From Octopus sinensis (lineage: Eukaryota): 64,000 nucleotides of DNA. The notes below the pieces were generated by a model, which had not been told where the DNA came from, searched no databases, and worked only from the letters and a program-made list of their open reading frames with translations. Made by a program: the position numbers and the translations under genes. This document shows, piece after piece, positions 12,014 to 24,186 of the stretch. The stretch spans positions 41,602,001 to 41,666,000 of the forward strand of contig NC_043007.1 in the NCBI RefSeq assembly GCF_006345805.1, in the 5' to 3' direction. How positions within the stretch are numbered: position 1 is the stretch's first letter; every line of letters begins with the position of its first letter.

Positions 12014-13387
12014 TTCTAAAGTGGAACAAAGAAATATTAAACATTCCTGTAGTAGAGTGTTATTTAAGGGAGATTTGTGATAGGTCAGCAGTTGGTAGTG
12101 TTACAGAGATTGACTGCTTGTTGAGACCAGACACACATCCAAGCGTTTCCAGACATATGTAATGAAATGAAGGTTAAATGACTTGAAAATTATAGAAGCT
12201 AGGATTGGCGTTTGTAGATTTTTTTTTTTTTTTTGTGTGACTAAGTGCAAGTTGTTGGGTAAAAAAATGTCAATTCTAGATATTAAACTGCCACTTGGCC
12301 ATTGCTGCAAACATACAGCCTTTTTATTTATTTTTTTTTTCTTCTTTTGGCCTTGGTAGCAGCATAGCTGTTTTGTGAAGAAGAGGTAAACTTGATTATA
12401 TCAAACATAATAAAATCAATGGCAAGTTAATTACATCTTAAGAGATTAAAATGTTAGCTCAATGACCAATATTATTTCAGTATGAATTTGGCACACACGG
12501 GAGACAACCAGAGATATGTTTCAATTCTATTTGAAAAGCATATTCTTCAGACATCAATAATTAGCATAATGACTGCAAATAATTAACCCAGCAACAGTTA
12601 TATTAGAGGCATTATACTTAATGTAGGAAATTTCCTAGTGTCCAATACACCAGTAAACTAGTATTTCAAAGTAACTTTACCAGTGCTGGTGTTATGATGA
12701 AATATAAAGACTTTTGTGTCTTACCTAGAGCTTCACAACCTCTCTAGTGCTGGTATCATGTTAAATTGCATTCAATACACTCTGTAAAGTGGTTGGTGTT
12801 ACAAAGAGTATCCAGCCAAAGGAACCATGCCAGAAACTGAGATGCGTGACAAGATACAGTCATCTAACCATTTTAGGAGGAAAGAACTGCTTTGACCCAT
12901 AATGATCCATCTAACCCATGGTAGCATGTAAAACCAACATAAAAATAATAATGTTGATGATGATGATGATGATGACATATTTCATTAAAATCCCTTAGGT
13001 TATCATTTTCTCCTGTTATACTTCCATTCACATTTAGAACACATTATGAGAAGATGAATCAACTCAAATACTTGACTGGTACATTATTTTATTAACCCTG
13101 GAAGAATGAAAAGCAAAAGTTTGTTCTCACTGGGATTTGAACTCAGAAGATAAAGGTCTAACTAAATACCACTAGGTATTTTGTCTGATGTTCTATTGAT
13201 TCTGCTTACCAAGATTTCAATTCGGAAGTACAGAGAGAAACTAAATACAAAACATTAATTTGGTTCAGTGCTTTAGTGTCTTGGCAATCTTAACTGCTCT
13301 CGTTTGAAGTATAATTAACACAAACTTTATTTAATTGCAAATAATTGACAAGAAAGATTTTAAGCAACAAGGAGAAAATTACAAGAA

Positions 13388-13890
13388 TCAGAGCTTGGAG
13401 AGAAGGAGAGAAAGAGGCAGAGTGAAAGAGAGAAAGAGGCAGAGAGAAAGAGAAAAAGAGGCAGGGAGAAAGAGGGGGTAGGGAGGGGAAAGAGGAAGGG
13501 AGGGAGAAAGAGGAAGGGAGAGAGAGAAAGAGAAAGGGAGAGAGAGAAAGAGGAAGGGAGAAAGAGAAAAAGGAAGGGAGAAAGAGAAAGAGGAAAGAAG
13601 AGAGAGAAAGAGGAAGGGAGAAAGAGAAAGAGGAAGGGAGAAAGAGAAAGAGTAAAGAAGAGAGAGAAAGAGGAAGGGAGAGAGAAAGAGGAAGAGAGTG
13701 AAAGTGAAAGAGAGAGAAAGGGGAAGAGAGAAAGAGAGAAAGAAAGAGGAAGTGAAAGAGAGGAAGGGAGAGAGAGAAAGAGGAAGGGAGAGAGAGAGAG
13801 AAAAAGGGAGGGAGAGAGAGAGAGTAAGCGGAAGAGAGAGACAGAAAGAAGGCAAAGAGAGAAAGCTTAGGGAGAGAGAAAGAGAGAAAA
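13388..13890. repeat. Polypurine (GA-rich) minisatellite, ~20-bp unit with a 60-bp higher-order repeat
   Basis: Unit aggaagggagaaagagaaag; 13571-13630 repeats at 13631-13690. Confidence 0.85.
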
Positions 13891-14080
13891 ACCTAGCAAT
13901 TATTCAGTTCACTTAATGAATTGGCCAATTTCTAAGCTATCAGCCAGTTTAAATGAGTACTTTTGGTAAAGGTCATAGGGTTCAGCTTAACTCCCTCTTT
14001 CACACTCTCTCATTCTCTTTCTCTCTCTCACTAAAACCTATTATATCTTTTTTTTTCTCACTCTTACCCTAATCTATTCA

Positions 14081-14118
<38 letters not shown>

Positions 14119-14530
14119 TCCCTACCTCAGTCTATTTAATTCATTCTTTCTCTCTCATTCCTCAGATGTAATTCTTTCTCATAATCCCTTTCACTATATG
14201 TTTCTTCTCACCTCAACAATCTACAATGTTCCTCTGTGTCTTTTTCTTATATAGATTTTACAGTGTGTGGTCCCTCAGTTCAGTGGTCACTCTTCACTTG
14301 TCCAGTTCTCCATCTATCCAGCCACTTTCTTCTCCAATACAGCTTACTTTCTCTTTCCCTTCATCCAATTTTTCCCAGGACTACTTCCTGTATATCTCTC
14401 TCATCTCTCCTTTTTTTTTATTTCTACCACCTTCTCCCTAAACCTTCTTCTTATCTTTCTCCCATTCTTTAAAAAAAAAAAGCTAAGCAACTTGAAGAAA
14501 AATTAGGGGTCAGCTTGTAATGGAACTTAC

Positions 14531-14721
14531 CTGAATCAAATCTCTGAAAACGTCCTGGATGTTTTTTGGTTGGTACAATTTCCTTCTTTGGGTATGGCTC
14601 CAATCGAAGCCTTGGAGGAGTTCTATTTTGTGGGTGAAGATAGTTTTCCCCATCAATGCTCATTGTGTTGCGTATCTGTGGGTGGCTATTGATGTAGTAG
14701 TAATTTGGGTTTTTAGGGTAC
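14531..14721 (-). CDS. Internal coding exon (191 nt, phase 2 to 1) of an unidentified gene
   Basis: Acceptor tttttttatatctttgttgcag|G, donor CAG|GTAAGT; open frame YPKNPNYYYINSHPQIRNTMSIDGENYLHPQNRTPPRLRLEPYPKKEIVPTKKHPGRFQRFDS; unique, non-repetitive sequence. Confidence 0.7.
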
Positions 14722-14802
14722 CTGCAACAAAGATATAAAAAAAATAAATATGGAAATAGTTTAATATGACAACTAAATCGGTTTCAATATTTTATTCACT
14801 GT

Positions 14803-15130
14803 AAGGTGGTGAGCTGGCAGAAACGTTAGCATGCTGGGTGAAATGCTTAGCAGTATTTCATCTGCTGCTACGTTCCGAGTTCAAATTCCGCCGAGGTCGA
14901 CTTTGCCTTTCATCCTTTCGGGGTCGATTAAATAAGTACCAGTTACATACTGGGGTCGATGTAATCGACTTAATCCATTTGTCTGTCCTTGTTTGTCCCC
15001 TCTGTGTTTAGCCCCTTGTGGGTAGTAAAGAAATAGGTATTTTGTCTGCCACTACGTTCTGAGTTCAAATTCCGCCAAGGTCGACTTTGCCTTTAATCCT
15101 TTCAGGATCAATTAAATAAGTACCAGTATG
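14803..15130 (+). mobile_element. SINE family B, one full copy plus a tandem partial copy
   Basis: ggtggtgagctggcagaaacgttagc head; tail gtctgtccttgtttgtcccctctgtgtttagccccttgtgggtagtaaagaaat; core repeated at ~15038-15130. Confidence 0.85.
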
Positions 15131-15244
15131 CACTGGTCCGTTTGCCCCAGTACCCCAGCATGACTACAGTCTGATGACTGAAACAAGCAAAAGAAATAAA
15201 AAGATAAAAGAAAAGATCACAGTTAAAACAATGAATAAAATATT

Positions 15245-15472
15245 CTTTTCTTCTCTAGGTACAAGGCCCGAAATATGGGGGGAGGGGGCCAGTCGATTAG
15301 ATTGACTCCAGTACACAACTGGTACTTAATTTATCGACCCCTGGAATTTGAACTCAGAACATAAGATAGATGAAATACCGCTAAGCATTTTGCCTGGTGT
15401 GCTAACGTTTCTTATTTCTTTACTGCCCACAAGGGGCTACACAGAGGGGACAAACAAGGACAGACAAACGGA
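15245..15472 (-). mobile_element. SINE family B (composite, two tail types)
   Basis: ggccttgtacc-type tail at ~15255 and gccccttgtggg-type tail at ~15410-15472. Confidence 0.7.
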
Positions 15473-15565
15473 CATGGGACATGAAGAGCGATCATTCATA
15501 TAGCACAGCATTAGGGATTAGGGATCAAATACATTATATGGAGACATTGTTAGACATTAAGGATA

Positions 15566-16236
15566 AGGCGTGGCTGTGTGATTAAGAAGCTTGCTTCCCA
15601 ACCACATGATTTCTGAGTACAGTCCCACTACAAGGCACCTTGGGTAAGTATCTTTTACTATAACCTCAGGCAGATCAAAGCCTTGTGAGTGAATTTTGTT
15701 TGTTCCTTCTCGAGCCACGCCTAGCTCATAAGGGCCGGTTTCCCAGTTTCCTTTTTGTATAGTTTCCCCACCTGGACGGGATGCCGGTCCATTGCAGGTG
15801 AGCTGCAAGATGCAGGAGGAAAGAGTTAGAGAAAGTTGTGGCGAAAGAGTCAACAGAAGTTCGCCATTACCTTCTGCCGGAGCCGTATGGAGCTTAAGTG
15901 TTTCACTCATAAACACACACATAATCTGGTCTGAGATTTGAACCCGTGATCCCTCGACAGCAAGTCCGCTGCTCTAACCACTAGGCCATGTGCCTCCACA
16001 TGAGTGATTTTGGTAGTTGGAAACTGAAAGAAGCCCCCCGTGTGTGTGTGTGTGTGTGTGCTTGACAACTGGTGTTGGTGTGTTTATGTCCCTGTAACTT
16101 AGAGGTTTAGCAAAAGAGACTGATAGAATAAGTATCAGGCTTAAAAGGAAAATAAGTACAGGGGTTGATTAGTTCAACTAAAATTCCTCAAAGTGGTGCC
16201 CCAGTATAGCTGCAGTCTAATGATTGAAACAGAATA
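15566..16236 (+). mobile_element. SINE family A split by a nested SINE
   Basis: 5' part 15566-15698 resumes at 16001. Confidence 0.8.
15699..16000 (-). mobile_element. SINE family E (tRNA-like head) with a 12-13-bp TSD
   Basis: A box tggcctagtgg, B box ggttcaaatc, ctgcaatggaccggcatcccgtccagg central motif; TSD tgagtgaattttg / tgagtgattttg. Confidence 0.8.
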
Positions 16237-16325
16237 AGTATGCTGTATTTCCTGATATCACGAATGGTGACAAAAGTATACTATAAAGTTTTCCATCACA
16301 TGACAGATAGCTGCTTAGTATATTG

Positions 16326-16620
16326 CAACGCTTCTTAAGCTATGGGTTGTGACCTAATTTGGAGCCATGAAGTGAAATGCTGGGGTCGCAAAAATTAAAT
16401 TCAAACACTTGAATTTCTAAATCCTAAATTCTAAATCTTAAAACTACTTTTATTTTGACAAATAATAAAACTACTTTTTTTTATATGTATATGGTTAAGC
16501 AAAAAAATAAATGATTTACGTATTTATTTGTAGGTTTTATTTCATAATTAATACCTGGGGTCACAAAAATTTTCATGATGGAAAATGGGGTCATGAATGA
16601 AAAAAGTTTAAGAAGTGCTG
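16326..16620. mobile_element. hAT-type MITE
   Basis: TIR caacgcttcttaagct / agtttaagaagtgctg; decayed 8-bp TSD gtatattg / gaatatag. Confidence 0.6.
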
Positions 16621-17080
16621 GAATATAGTAATGCCCTACACAATGACATTTAATAATACAAGATCCTTAATGATTAATGGTGTACCAAGGGTACCTGATG
16701 ACAATTTCATTACTAATTTATAATTAGCCATTACATTGTGACTGAGTATTAGTTAATCCCTAATATCTAATGACACTGGATATTAATTAGGAGAACCTTT
16801 AATTCTAAATGGGTGAATCTACAGCATCAATAAAGACAAAATGATGAAGTCAAACAGAGGAACCAAAACAGAAGGTCAAAATTTGACTTCCGTACTTTGA
16901 CCACATAGGTCCTCCATTGTTTAGCCCCAGGTCAGCCTTGACCAGACAGATTTAAGTTCCAAGACATTCCAGTCTAGGATTATGTTGACTAACCAATGTA
17001 TTCTTTTTTAGACAGCAAGATTTCAGGGGGATCTAGCTGCTATTTCTAGCAAGTTCAGCATCCACATAGAGGTTCACTTC

Positions 17081-17435
17081 ATCATCATCATCATTTAACG
17101 TCCGTTTTCCATGCTAGCATGGGTTGGACGGTTCGACCGGGGTCTGATAAGCCATGAAGGCTGCACCAGGCTCCAGTCTTATCTGGCAGTGTTTCTACAG
17201 CTGGATGCCCTTCCTAACGCCAACCACTCCGAGAAGGCTGGAAAACAGCCACAATCAGTTGGTGCCTTTACATGTCACCAACACAGACGCCAGTCAGGCG
17301 GTGCTGGCATCTGCCACGTTCGGACGGTGCTTTTTACGTGTCACCGGCACAGGTGTTTTAACTACAATTTCCATTTGATTTTTATTTTGATGTTAACAAA
17401 CTTGACTCAATAGGTCTCCTCAAGAACAGCAGGTG
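17081..17435 (-). mobile_element. Family D retroposon (RTE-like 3' end with (ATG)n tail)
   Basis: catcatcatcatttaacgtccgttttccatgctagcatgggttggacgg; multiple copies; clade assignment is inferred. Confidence 0.65.
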
Positions 17436-18772
17436 CCTCTTACAGGATTAATCTGTGCCAGCTGGCTCCACTAATCACTAGACTACTCAAGCGAATATAC
17501 AATAATAAAATTTAAAAAATTGAATGGAGCAAATTGTGATACATATCAGGGCAATCTCCTTTATTTTTCTGTTCACAAAAAGAATATCATGATGTATTCA
17601 CAGGTTTCAAGTTTTATAGAGAAAGGCTAAAAAGCTGTAGTTTAACTACTTTAAATTTATTTTGGGTTTTCTAACACACATTATGTTGCACATAAATATT
17701 TCTTAGATATTGAATATATCAGTATATGTGTGTTCTTAATGGCTATTGTGACTACCCTAATGCAGTCTTTTAATGATCAGGTTTAATCTATTACCAAACA
17801 AGTGCAACTAAACCAAAATTCTGTTAAATAACATTTAAAAGCCTAGTGACATAAAGTCAGGGATGTGACCAACAGTAAGGAAGCAACGTTTGATCAGGAA
17901 ACAACAAACGGAAATTATGGCTCTTTTGCTGTTAAGTGTAGTCATATGCTCCAAATGGAAGGCCTGTTAATACAACTACTACAATAATAGCCTGAGCCAA
18001 AGAGGGAGTCTACATGTCGCTACTGCTAGAAATACTAACTAAACCTCTCTTAAATTATTCACAATATTTTTTTCTTTTTAGCAAATGGTAGAATTCACTT
18101 CATGATAATGTGATCCTACATATAATTTAACACATCTGGAGAAAAATAAATATAGTCATTATTGAAATGTCTTTAATCAGATTCAGCTCAATCAAGACTA
18201 ATCTGGAGCTAAACAAAACAACAACAACAGTATAGGTGGTGGTACTGTGAAATAGTGTTACAGTATAGGTGGTAGTGGTGGTGATTCCATGTTGGCTCAT
18301 TGTATGTTGATAGTTGAAAGCAAGATGAAATAGCATAACAACATTGAGGAAAAAAGGAATAATGTTCACTAATTTATTTGCTTACAGTGGTTAGTAAAAT
18401 GTACACAGTAGTAATTGACAATAGTGTTGATATGTCCATGGCTTACTGGTAGTTGGTAGCATGTGATCAGAGCATGCTGTTGACAGAGAGGAAAAAAGGG
18501 TAAAGTTACATTGTCCTTTTCGAATTTGGCCAATGGTTAATGGCTGACACAAATGTGTGTTCTGTGCCAGCTGGTTGGACCAAAGAGAGTGAGAGAGAGA
18601 GATGATCTCAGTTATATAAGGTATGATCAGGAAGTAGGTCAAATCTAAAAAGGACTGACCCTTTAGTGACCAACAAAGGGGCTAGGTCAGATGTTTCTCA
18701 TTAATGTCTCAGTATGGAGATAAAACACAAAGAAATCAGACTGTCCTCCAAGGAGTAACAAGTGGGTAGATT

Positions 18773-18918
18773 CAGTTTGAAATCTCAGTTTCAAATCTCG
18801 GTTTCAAATCACAGTTTGAAATCTCAGTTTCAAATCTCAGTTTCAAATCTCAGTTTCAAATCTCAGTTTCAAATCTCAGTTTCAAATCTCAGTTTTGTAT
18901 CTCAGTTTCATATCTCAC
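18773..18918. repeat. 13-bp minisatellite (CAGTTTCAAATCT) x ~11
   Basis: Direct reading; identical units with no spacers. Confidence 0.9.
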
Positions 18919-19477
18919 TTGCCGAATGTGCCACACACTGGGACTGAAACCAAAACCATGTGGGACTGAACCTGAAATTACGTGGTTAAAACCAAGCTTC
19001 TTAACCACACAGCCATACCTGTGTCTACTAGAGAAAATGGCAGAAAAATTTGTTTTGTTTTTGTGTGTGTGTGTGTGTGTGCACATGCATGTGTGTATAT
19101 ATGTGCATGCATATACGTGTGTGTGTACATATGTGTGGTATAGTACAGTGTAGTAATTTGTTGTGCAAGTGGGAAATGCTTATATGTATGTGTGTGTATG
19201 TATGCATGCATATGTACGTGTGCATGCATGCACGTGTGTGCATCCACATGTGTGGTATAGTAGAGTGCAGCATTCAGTTGTGCTAGTGAGACGTGTGTGT
19301 GTGAGTGCATGCACATGCACATGTGTGGTATCCACGTCTGTGGTATAGTACAGTAGTCAGTTGTGCAAGTGGGACGTGTGTGTGTGTGTGTCTGGGGACT
19401 AATTTTGAAACGAATTCTGGTTATTCCTTGATTCGATGTATAACCTTGACAGCAACAGCAATAACAAAAATTTTTTT

Positions 19478-19708
19478 AATTCCTTATTACCCACAAGGGG
19501 CTAAACACAGAGAGGACAAACAAGGATAGACAAACGGATTAAGTCGATTATATCGACTCCAGTGCGTAACTGGTACTTAATTTATTGACCCCGAAAGGAT
19601 GAAAGGCAAAGTCGACCTCGGCGGAATTTGAACTCAGAACGTAACGGCAGACGAAATATGGCTGCGCATTTCGCCTGGCATGCTAACGATTCTGCCAGCT
19701 CGCCAAAT
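19478..19708 (-). mobile_element. SINE family B, young copy
   Basis: Nearly identical to 36710-36922 and 30022-30252. Confidence 0.85.
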
Positions 19709-19844
19709 TAAAATGACATTACCAACGTAACTTACCAGTATAATTACCACCACCACTACCACCATTATTGTCATGGCTATCACCACCTTGCCACAGCTAA
19801 TACCATCATAATCATCGCTATCAGTCATAACTTGCACCATCAAC

Positions 19845-20260
19845 ACACTACCATCTCAGGTAGGTGTGTATGGGTGGGGTTCATCTTAGTCACCCACATC
19901 GTTATCATCACCACAACTAACATCACACCTATCATCACCACCATCAACATTACCCCACTCAAAGCTATCGGTATTACCACCACCAACACCATCACCACCT
20001 CTACCAAAATCAAAACCACCACCACTACCACCATCAACATCACCACAACCAATACAGCAAACATCACACCACCATCACCACCAATAATATCAACACACTT
20101 GTCACCACCATTTGTACCAACACCACTATTATTATTATTAATATTATTATATTATTATTATTATTATTATAATTATTATTATCTATGATCACCACCACCA
20201 TAAAGGCCATCAACAACACTAACCAAGAACACCATCCACTCCACCATCAATATCACCAAA
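19845..20260. repeat. Low-complexity (CAC/CAT)n plus (ATT)n tract
   Basis: Direct reading. Confidence 0.8.
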
Positions 20261-22014
20261 ACTTTGTTCAAAACATGTCAAGGAAAACAGGATATCATAT
20301 TTATATGTTAGACAGGTTTTGGGTCTGGGCAGGAATGGCCTCTAGTAGTTATAATAAGTGAAAGGGGGATGTGTGGGTGCCTCACTGACGTAGACAGATT
20401 AATGACTGAATGATTGGGATGGTGTAGATTCATCAATAATTTATATAGTTAATTAGGAGAGGACCCATCAATACTAGGGTTGAAGTGAGTGGGTTAAAAA
20501 TTAAAATGTACACTGTAAGAGGAATGGTAAATAAGTATAAATTACACATTTATGTAATTGGTATAGTTATGGCTTATGTTACATAGGGAGGTGGGGGAGC
20601 GATGAGTGCCCCACCCTCTCGAGTAGAGTCTGTTTAAACAGACATATGGCAGAGAGAGAGGCAGCCAATCAAACATATAGGAGACGCCCACATCTCTTGC
20701 CCAGCACTGGATACAAAACGATGAGATATCTCTAGTATAGGGCTTGACAAACTTCTTATACATCATTAATCCCTCTATGGAATATCACTAACTTATTCAA
20801 CACCCTTAATGTTCAAAATTGTTTTAGGTGTTTATTGATCCCTTCGATAGCCCCATAGTTGACCACCCCTAAGGGATTAATATTAATCGCTTTTCTAACT
20901 CCTGAACTAGAGTTATACATTGAGTTATATGTTAGTTCTAAATCAGAAATTTAGAAGTTATCACCAAGATAATTACAATAAGAGATATGCTGACCTACAT
21001 TTACCAATTACAACATATGGCCATCACACTGGTAGTCTGGGCTTCTGTTTATTTTTACTGGTAAGGTAGTTCATTTAAGGGTAGAAAAATCTGTGCATAT
21101 CCAACCTTTTATACTGATTCAGTAAGTAGTGACTGAACAATTGAAATGTTCCTTTATAGAAACTGATGTGAGATCAGTCCACTCTACCACTGTTCTAACA
21201 AGTCAATGAAGAAGGGGACACTTGACCACTAATCCCCATATGTGGCCACCTGACACCTGGCCTCCATGCATAGTTACCCAACACCTGGCCTTCATATGTG
21301 GTCACTCAGCCTTTGACCTCTGTGTGGTCACTTAACATCTGATCTCAATGTCATCTGAGAAACAAAGTTAAATTTCTTCAAATTTCCAAATTTTGATAAA
21401 AGAATAGACACACTGGAGTAATATAGTCCTAGATGGCCTTAGAATGAGGAGAAGGTCATGACTGGAATGCATTTGACCATAAGTCTACTGGATTTGTGTT
21501 GAGCTGGACTAAACAACGACAACAGTTTCAAGAGATCGTTCTTCAGAACTTCTAAGTTCTGAATCCATTCTGCTAACATCATTCAAAAATTTGCCACTAT
21601 ATTTCAAAATTTAATCAATATTTTGTTCATGAAATCTCAATAAAAAAATATTTACTTCATCAAAATGCAAACTTTTAAAACACTTGAAACCCATCCTACC
21701 CTACAGTATAATTTAAATAATGAAAAGGCAGGAAATTATATAGAATAAGCAAAAAATTTTAAAAATTAAATAAAAAACAAAATGTACTTTTTCCAAAGCA
21801 AGTCATGGGATATCAGATATGTTTGGAGTGGCTGAGAGAAATTCCTCAAACGACATTGGTGTCACATTAGTAAAAGAGAGAGTGTGTGTGTGTGTGTGTT
21901 TGCGTACGTGCGTGTGTGCATGTCTGTTGTTTTTTTTATGTTCAATTAAAATAAAAACAATTTTATATCAAACTGAAGGATGACTCAATACTTTTTGTTA
22001 ATACATATTTATTA

Positions 22015-22134
22015 TTCTTTAATAAGAATGGTGTTGACAGTGACTTCAAAGTTTCAGCCTGCTTAGCTTTCATTGATGAATGTTAACCAAGCTAAAATCT
22101 CAAAGTCACTGTCAAGAGTATTCTTGCTAAAGGA
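22015..22134. repeat. 120-bp fold-back palindrome (2-nt loop)
   Basis: Arms 22015-22073 and 22076-22134 are in exact register; ~44/59 matches by manual count. Confidence 0.75.
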
Positions 22135-22176
<42 letters not shown>

Positions 22177-22378
22177 TATATTAAATCTCTGAGCGAGCTG
22201 TAAACAGTGGCAATATGGAATCATAACATGTAATTGCCAAACAAGTGTGGTGTCCTATACAGGACAGTGCTACTGGTGTTTATAGTCCCCTAACCACCCA
22301 TCACTTTTGTAACCTCTATTAATTCGTTTAGCGTCCACTTTCCATGCTAGCATGGGTTGGACAAATTATATATATATA

Positions 22379-22805
22379 TCTCTATATAAACGGCAGTTTG
22401 TCTGTCTGTGTGTCTGTCAGGTTGTACCCTCACCCTGACCACGGCTTTCAACCGATTCTGATGAAACTTGACACACACATAGCCCAATGTCATAATTCAA
22501 AACTAACGCAGCGAAAATTTTGAAAAGTTCCTCCAGTTCTGAAAAAGATCAATAAATTCGACATGGGGTCGAGAATCTAAGCTTTTTATATGCAACACAT
22601 TTTCTGTCTCGGGGACACAACTCAACCTTTTTATCGCCCAAAGGGACAGCTAGGAACATCGTATATACAGAAGTATTCGAGTGAAGAGAAGACATTGCAA
22701 CCTACACATGTGCCTTCGTTCCCTAGAGGGAAAGGACTAGATTGGGATTAGTCGTTGCCTACTAGGGGCTCTTACATACCCGGGCAATGCCAGGCTATGC
22801 TGCTA

Positions 22806-22806
<1 letters not shown>
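22379..22806 (+). mobile_element. Non-autonomous Helitron (428 bp)
   Basis: 5' A|TCTCTATATAAAC, 3' ccgggcaatgccagg...CTAG|T; near-identical 5' part at 63825-64000. Confidence 0.85.
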
Positions 22807-22882
<76 letters not shown>

Positions 22883-22884
<2 letters not shown>

Positions 22885-23292
22885 CACAGGTGTGACTGTG
22901 TGATAAGAAGATTGCTTCCCAACCTCATAGATCTGTGTTCTGTTCCACAGAGTGGCACATTGGCCAAATGTCTTCTATTAGAGCCCCAGGTCAACCAAAG
23001 CATTGTGAGTGGATTTGGTAGACACAAACTAAAAGAACATCATGTGTGTGTGTGTATGTGTGCTTGCATATGTGTGTATGCATGAGTGTGTGTCTGTGCT
23101 TGTGTTCCACTACAGCTTGACAACAAGTGTTGGGTTTTTTACGTCCCTGTAACTTAGTGGTTCAGCAAAAAGACATTGATAGAATAAGTAACAGGCTTTA
23201 TAAAATAATAAATAATAGGGTCAATCCATTTGACTAAAGCCCTGAACTGCAGTGCCCCAGCATGATTGCAGTCTAATTTACTAAAGCAAAAG
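22883..23292 (+). mobile_element. SINE family A, old CpG-depleted copy
   Basis: Head, core, short internal TG run and tail all align. Confidence 0.8.
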
Positions 23293-24144
23293 GTGGAAAG
23301 ATCATTCATTCATTCATTCATTCATACAAAAGCTACAGATTTGGAAAGACAGACAGACAGGTCATCATTGTTTTAACATTCACTAATTCATGCTTGTATG
23401 AGTCAGGCAATATTCATTGAGGTAGATTTTCTAAGGCTGGATGCCTTCCCCTCACCTGTTTCCAAGCAAGGTAATATTTCCCTATAGCCATGGAAACAAA
23501 CATCAGTTATTCATTTTCACATCTGTTTTTCTATGCTAACATGGGTCAGATGAATACATTATTGAGGCATTGTTTTAAAGTCAGTGCTCTTCTTGTTGCT
23601 ATACCCTTACCTGTTTTCCAAATAAGAGATGTCTTATTTTATTGCCTTTGAAAGTACAGAGCCAGGAGATGATTTGTTATCATATGAAATGACAACAATG
23701 TCACTACTTATATCTCAGCAATTTTTGGATGAACGCAAGTGTTGACAGACAGATAGACACATACTCTCGCTCTCTCTCTCTCTCTCTCTCTCATGCACAC
23801 ACACACACACACATATGTGAATGCTCATATGATAGGTTCTTTCAGTTTCTGACCACTAAATCCACTAAAGTAGAAAGTACTCATCCAATGTTGTGCAGTG
23901 GAACTGAACCTGAAACTATGTGGTTGGGAAGCAAACTTCTAAACCACACCACCATATCTGCACCTAAAATATACACATATAAGTACATGATGTAGCATTT
24001 ACACAGGTACACTTGACACACATCATACCAATATTGGAAAATCTGATACTTCATTCCCATCACAAGACACCATATTTGTCAACATCCTATAGCAAGAATT
24101 AAATCACATCTTTGAACAAGACGGTTGATTCATTCTCTCATTCA

Positions 24145-24186
<42 letters not shown>

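Noticed and set aside
15511-15524. TTAGGG-like doublet
   Set aside because: Only two imperfect units; expected by chance.
15925-16000. tRNA-like A and B boxes (also at 60281, 60535, 63272 and in family A heads)
   Set aside because: No acceptor stem or cloverleaf, and each continues into a SINE body; these are SINE heads, not tRNA genes.
18447-18476. 30-nt minus-strand micro-exon candidate with a strong acceptor (similar candidates: 25951-25973, 50153-50169, and an acceptor at 28627)
   Set aside because: Splice signals are plausible, but the phases do not complete the exon chain and such short candidates arise by chance; left for RNA-seq.
18773-18918. Regular short repeat array considered as CRISPR
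   Set aside because: No unique spacers, no cas genes, eukaryotic context.
19634-20188. ORFs with poly-Val or poly-Thr that look like a transmembrane or mucin segment
   Set aside because: Produced by the (CAC/CAT)n low-complexity tract; no splice support.
22456-22468. CTGATGAAAC hammerhead-like core (also at ~63917)
   Set aside because: No stem II between CTGATGA and GAAAC; part of the Helitron body.
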